Notes under the pieces: model-generated
Databases searched by the model: none
What the model saw: the letters and a program-made list of their open reading frames with translations, nothing else
Told to the model about the DNA's origin: nothing
Shown here: positions 60,412 through 64,000 of the stretch, piece after piece
Numbering within the stretch: the first letter of the stretch is position 1
Layout of the letters: each line of letters opens with the position of its first letter
From: Candidatus Aminicenantes bacterium
Lineage (GTDB): Bacteria; Acidobacteriota; Aminicenantia; Aminicenantales; JAFGAV01
Length of the DNA stretch: 64,000 bases
Assembly: GCA_963705895.1 (NCBI GenBank)
Contig: OY970122.1
Coordinates: 1,634,774 to 1,698,773 of the forward strand
Reading direction: 5' to 3'
Position numbers and translations under genes: made by a program

Positions 60412-60775
60412 AGGCCTGCAAAATAGGATTCCATAAGAGAATTATATCGTGACGAACTCGCCCCGGGGTTGTAGTTCTTAACTAGAGTTCTTCCCCTTTT
60501 TTAGGGCGGTCAAAATTCTGTGCAAGCTTGATAGAATAGGGCCGCCCCACCTCTCCGGGTCGGTCTGGGCCCAGAGCTCAAATTGAGCAGGACGGAGCGG
60601 CCCTAAATAGGCTCCGGCCCGTCTCAATTCCCGCCACTATCGGCCCGCGCCGAGTTTTTTACAGGCATGGCCTTTGGACTCCTCATCCGCCGGCCGGCGG
60701 AAAATAGCCCCGGCCTCTAACTCTCCTAGGTTTTTCCCGATTAGACCTGGACCGATTTAAGGGGGGCTGGTCACG
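60412..60775 (+). repeat. Tail-repeat copy Z (~365 nt, full)
   Basis: Contains the GC palindrome CCGCCGGCCGGCGG. Ends ...ctggaccgatttaagggggg. Confidence 0.65.
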
Positions 60776-61153
60776 CGTCCTCCAGGCCACTTGGAAAGAG
60801 CTAGACGAGCGGCGGCCACCAGTTGAGGGAAAGGACGTGGAGGAAAAACCGAACGGGTTCCGCGAAATGGAATTCCCTGGCCAGCCTCACGGCCTCAGCG
60901 GCGCGTGAGGCCTGGTCGTACGAGATCAGGTCGGCTTCCAGATGGGCAATAAAGCCTGACCGAGGCGCACCGCCACAATCACGGACAGGACGAATGCGGC
61001 CGCATACAACCATCGTCGGAGGGGATTGGGGTCGGGCCGGGTTATTTGTTTTTTTATCAACGGCTAAGTCCGTCCTCCCGTTCTTGCGCTCCGGCCGAAG
61101 GACTGAGCCGACGCATCCCATTGATAAAGAAAACCTGGTTCGACCCCAGACTT

Positions 61154-62560
61154 TCACCCGAGCTTCTTGAGCGTTATCCGATAGGTCAGCCACTTGCCGA
61201 GTCCGCCCGTCCTTACCGCGCCGTCCCTCAACGGGAGCGACTCTCCGCTGACCTGTGTGGTGAATTCCTTGCTGCCCAGCTCCTTTCGATAAACGGCCTT
61301 ACCCGCGGACGACTTGTTGGGTATGCCGAGAATGCAAGCCCGCGCTGGGAGGAAAGGCCATTTGATGTTGATGTTCTCGCCCTGAACGCTTCCCTCTGTG
61401 GGAAGGCCTACGAACTTCTGGGCCTGCTCGTAGGTCAGCTGGCCTCCGCAAGCCACAAAGTCATAGTGAAAAGGATCGCCAGGGCTGAAGATGAGCTTCG
61501 GGGACTGGTCGAATCGGGTGATATCGGCTTCCACCAAGGTCCGGACCCCCTTGCGTTTCCGGGTCGTGATCTTTGCCCCGAGCGACCAGCTGAATTCGAC
61601 CGCGAGCGGGCCGGGCTTGACCGAAGTCCCGACGTCCAGCGGACCCAGGATGCTGCTGGTTTCGTCCTTTTCCTTGCCCTCGACGCTCATCTGCCATTCC
61701 TCTTCCTCTTCCTCGCTGAAATCGACCTCGACCGCGACCGTGCCCCGGAGGGCGTAGAACTCGGACAGGGAGCTGGGGCTCATGGGCCAATCCACCCGCT
61801 CCTCGAAATCGTACTGCTTGCGCCAGACTTCCTGCTTGTCATAGACAGGTTTGAGCTCCTCCCAGGAGGGCGGCTCAACGGGTTTTTCCAGATGATAGTT
61901 GTGATGGTCCATTATCCACGCGGGCCCCCCGAAGGAGTAAGGCTTCGGGACCGCGCCCCGGGCGAGGCCGATGGCTGGTCCGCTCAGCTCGGTCTTCCGT
62001 TCGAGCCCGTCCCGGCGCCATTTGAGAGAAAAGAAGCCGGCCTTGTCGGTCCGGGTGAGGATATCGGCCCCGCCGCTGAACTCGAACATCTTGAACTCCT
62101 GGCTCGAGAACCCCTTCGGCCTCCAGCCGAGGACGGAAGCCTGGAGGCTCGTCGGGTCGACCTGGGCCATGCCCGGACAGCATGGCGCCGGACCGAGGAT
62201 GAGGTAATCGTCCAGCTGGCTGCGTTTCTGCTGGTTATAGTTGAGCTGGATGTAACCCCGGAACGAAACCCGGATCTTGGCCCTGAGACGGTCATCGCCG
62301 AGGTCGCTATGATGATGGAAGGTTTCGTCGATGTCCCAGTCCATGTTGATCCTGAGGGGTTTGCACTTCAGATAATCGGCCGTGACGCCGTAGCTGGCCT
62401 TGATCTGGGCCTTGAACTGCGTGTTCGGCCAGCACGGGTCCCCCGACTTGATCCATGCCTTTTCGCGCTCGTCCTGGGCCGGGCCCCGAAAAGGCAGGAC
62501 GGCCAGGAACACGATCGTCGAGAACGCCCCTAAAAGCGCGATCCTGAGTGCTTTGGTCAT
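61154..62560 (-). CDS. Secreted hypothetical protein (468 aa)
   Basis: Signal peptide MTKALRIALLGAFSTIVFLAVLPF. Balanced composition. The antisense 495-aa ORF is a GC artefact. Confidence 0.6.
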   Translation of the reverse strand: MTKALRIALLGAFSTIVFLAVLPFRGPAQDEREKAWIKSGDPCWPNTQFKAQIKASYGVTADYLKCKPLRINMDWDIDETFHHHSDLGDDRLRAKIRVSFRGYIQLNYNQQKRSQLDDYLILGPAPCCPGMAQVDPTSLQASVLGWRPKGFSSQEFKMFEFSGGADILTRTDKAGFFSLKWRRDGLERKTELSGPAIGLARGAVPKPYSFGGPAWIMDHHNYHLEKPVEPPSWEELKPVYDKQEVWRKQYDFEERVDWPMSPSSLSEFYALRGTVAVEVDFSEEEEEEWQMSVEGKEKDETSSILGPLDVGTSVKPGPLAVEFSWSLGAKITTRKRKGVRTLVEADITRFDQSPKLIFSPGDPFHYDFVACGGQLTYEQAQKFVGLPTEGSVQGENINIKWPFLPARACILGIPNKSSAGKAVYRKELGSKEFTTQVSGESLPLRDGAVRTGGLGKWLTYRITLKKLG

Positions 62561-63053
62561 GATAGCCCCCCTTCCGTCTTAGACTGACCCACTTATAGCA
62601 CAACTCCGAACGCGCTCAAAGAGCGAAGGCCTGATTTCTGGAATCGGGCCTGTCGGGAGAATGCTCGTTCTGACCTGCCCCCCCAAAAATCGGTCCAGGT
62701 ATAATGTTAGGAAAGTACCTGGAAGAAGGGAGTCGATATGGGCTGACCTGCCCTTTTTTATTGTACCAACTGTGAAGTTAGTATTCTAGTCTCCTGACCT
62801 TCTGGGGCGGGCATTTGGGAACCACACCCTCTCCTAATTTCTAAATAGCCAGGCTTTGCAAATTTTTTTCGCACATTTTGCGGAGATTGGGAACTTAAAA
62901 CAGAGCACCTCAGCCACTCTTGTTCCCATACCCCCCTGCCCCTTTTGCTTCCGCCATATTTGTGCCAAAACAAGATAGAAAATTGCGGACTTCTGTGGAA
63001 TAGGATTGAATCTAGCTTTTGCCTATCTGAAGGCAATATAAGGGAATCTTAAA

Positions 63054-63128
63054 TGGGCCTGGCCAGACTCGAACTGGCGACCTCCGGATTAGGAATCCAT
63101 TGCTCTATCCGTACTGAGCTACAGGCCC
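63054..63128 (-). tRNA. tRNA-Arg (anticodon CCU)
   Basis: The reverse complement is GGGCCTGTAGCTCAGTACGGATAGAGCAATGGATTCCTAATCCGGAGGTCGCCAGTTCGAGTCTGGCCAGGCCCA. Canonical anticodon loop TTCCTAA (U33, A37). CCA is not encoded. One A.G mismatch at the top of the anticodon stem. Confidence 0.8.
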
Positions 63129-63318
63129 ACAAGCGAAGCCAATATAGCGCAAAGGCCGGCATTTATCAATTTGGAACGGACCAAGCGCACGCGCGGCTGA
63201 TATGTGGGATAAATTTCGGGTGATCCTGCGCTCCCCTTTCGTGAAGCATTGGATGACTCGATCAGCCGCATTGACAGCACTTCATGCTGGGGACTATATT
63301 GCCTGAAGGGGTCAGAGC

Positions 63319-64000
63319 ATGTCCGCCGAATCAAATCCGCCCAAAAATGTTCGGCTTCCCGAAATCGGAGTCGCCATTCCTCTCAACATCCTCGTCGTGG
63401 ACGACGAGATCAACATCCGCAAAACTCTGGCTGTGTCCCTCGAGACCGAGGGCCATCGGGTCATGGCAGTCAGCAATTTCCAGGACGCCCTGTCCGAGGC
63501 GTCGCGGCGCTCGTTCGAGCTGGCCTTTGTCGACCTCCGCCTGGGCGCCGATGACGGGCTAGACCTCATCCCGGCTCTCCTTGCCGCCGCCCCCTGGCTC
63601 AAGATCGTCGTGATCACGGCTTACGCCTCGATCGACACCGCCGTCGAAGCCATGCGGCGAGGGGCCACGGACTACATTCCCAAGCCCTTCACCCCGGCCC
63701 AGATCCAGCTCGCCGTCCGCAAGGTCTTCGAGATGAGGAGCCTTGAGCAAAAGATCGCCGCCCTCCAGGAAGACCTCGGCCGGATGCATCCCCAAGTCGA
63801 TTTTTCGAGCGTCAGCCCGGCCATGCAGAGGGCCGTGAACCTGGCCCGCCAGGCGGCCGCCGCCGAAGCGACCATCCTTCTCCGGGGCGAGAGCGGCACG
63901 GGCAAGACCGCCCTCGGGCGGGCTATCCATTCCTGGAGCCGGCGCGCGTCGCGGCCTATGGCCATCATGTCCTGCGCGGCTTTTCCGTCCGAGCTCCTGG
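63319..64000 (+). CDS. Sigma-54-dependent response regulator (NtrC/Fis family), 5' partial at window end
   Basis: Receiver domain (ILVVDDE...D...K), then an AAA+ sigma-54 activator domain (Walker A GESGTGKT). Runs off the window. Confidence 0.85.
   Translation, partial: MSAESNPPKNVRLPEIGVAIPLNILVVDDEINIRKTLAVSLETEGHRVMAVSNFQDALSEASRRSFELAFVDLRLGADDGLDLIPALLAAAPWLKIVVITAYASIDTAVEAMRRGATDYIPKPFTPAQIQLAVRKVFEMRSLEQKIAALQEDLGRMHPQVDFSSVSPAMQRAVNLARQAAAAEATILLRGESGTGKTALGRAIHSWSRRASRPMAIMSCAAFPSELL

Noticed and set aside
61046-62533. 495-aa plus-strand ORF
   Set aside because: It is antisense to the well-formed secreted-protein gene 61154-62560. Its composition is dominated by R/G/P/A/L/E/D, typical of shadow ORFs in high-GC DNA. 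It has no RBS or signal features.

Overview
This is high-GC bacterial chromosomal DNA. The gene content (zinc-ribbon Ser/Thr kinases with a TolB-like and TPR periplasmic sensor, a bacillithiol operon, 'GloVer'-like repeat proteins) suggests Acidobacteriota, but that is inference. The window is a mosaic of core metabolism and accessory DNA.

Core and glycan-related genes:
- A CDF transporter with three C-terminal domains.
- A sulfotransferase, a radical-SAM/SPASM enzyme and a GT2, joined by ATGA overlaps, convergent with an Alg14/Alg13-like glycosyltransferase pair.
- A branched-chain aminotransferase-like enzyme, a zinc alcohol dehydrogenase and a DhnA-type aldolase.
- TrpB2 and a flavodoxin.
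- A complete bshC-bshB1-bshA operon followed by a sodium:solute symporter.

Two tRNA-anchored integration hotspots carry partial 3' tRNA direct repeats.
1. tRNA-Ala(GGC) lies at 29297-29372 and has two upstream 3' fragments. These delimit (a) an 8.4-kb phage-satellite-like element with int, xis/AlpA, terS, terL, an AAA_25 primase-helicase, an ori-like iteron region and a cargo gene next to att, and (b) a decayed 10-kb island. The decayed island carries two tandem zinc-ribbon Ser/Thr kinases, an ankyrin-repeat protein, secreted proteins, a low-GC orphan gene and a transposase/kinase chimeric pseudogene.
2. tRNA-Arg(CCU) lies at 63054-63128 and has nested 3' fragments at 38273 and 35137. They flank a 28-kb region holding seven paralogous secreted proteins, each built from seven ~52-aa tandem repeats. 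Every paralog has a near-identical promoter/5'UTR cassette with a palindromic operator-like site. One spacer is interrupted by an IS481-family element. The array is associated with a ~370-nt repeated tail element, one copy of which is fused to a truncated tyrosine-recombinase gene.

No CRISPR array and no rRNA genes were seen. Many long antisense or shadow ORFs in the six-frame track are high-GC artefacts.
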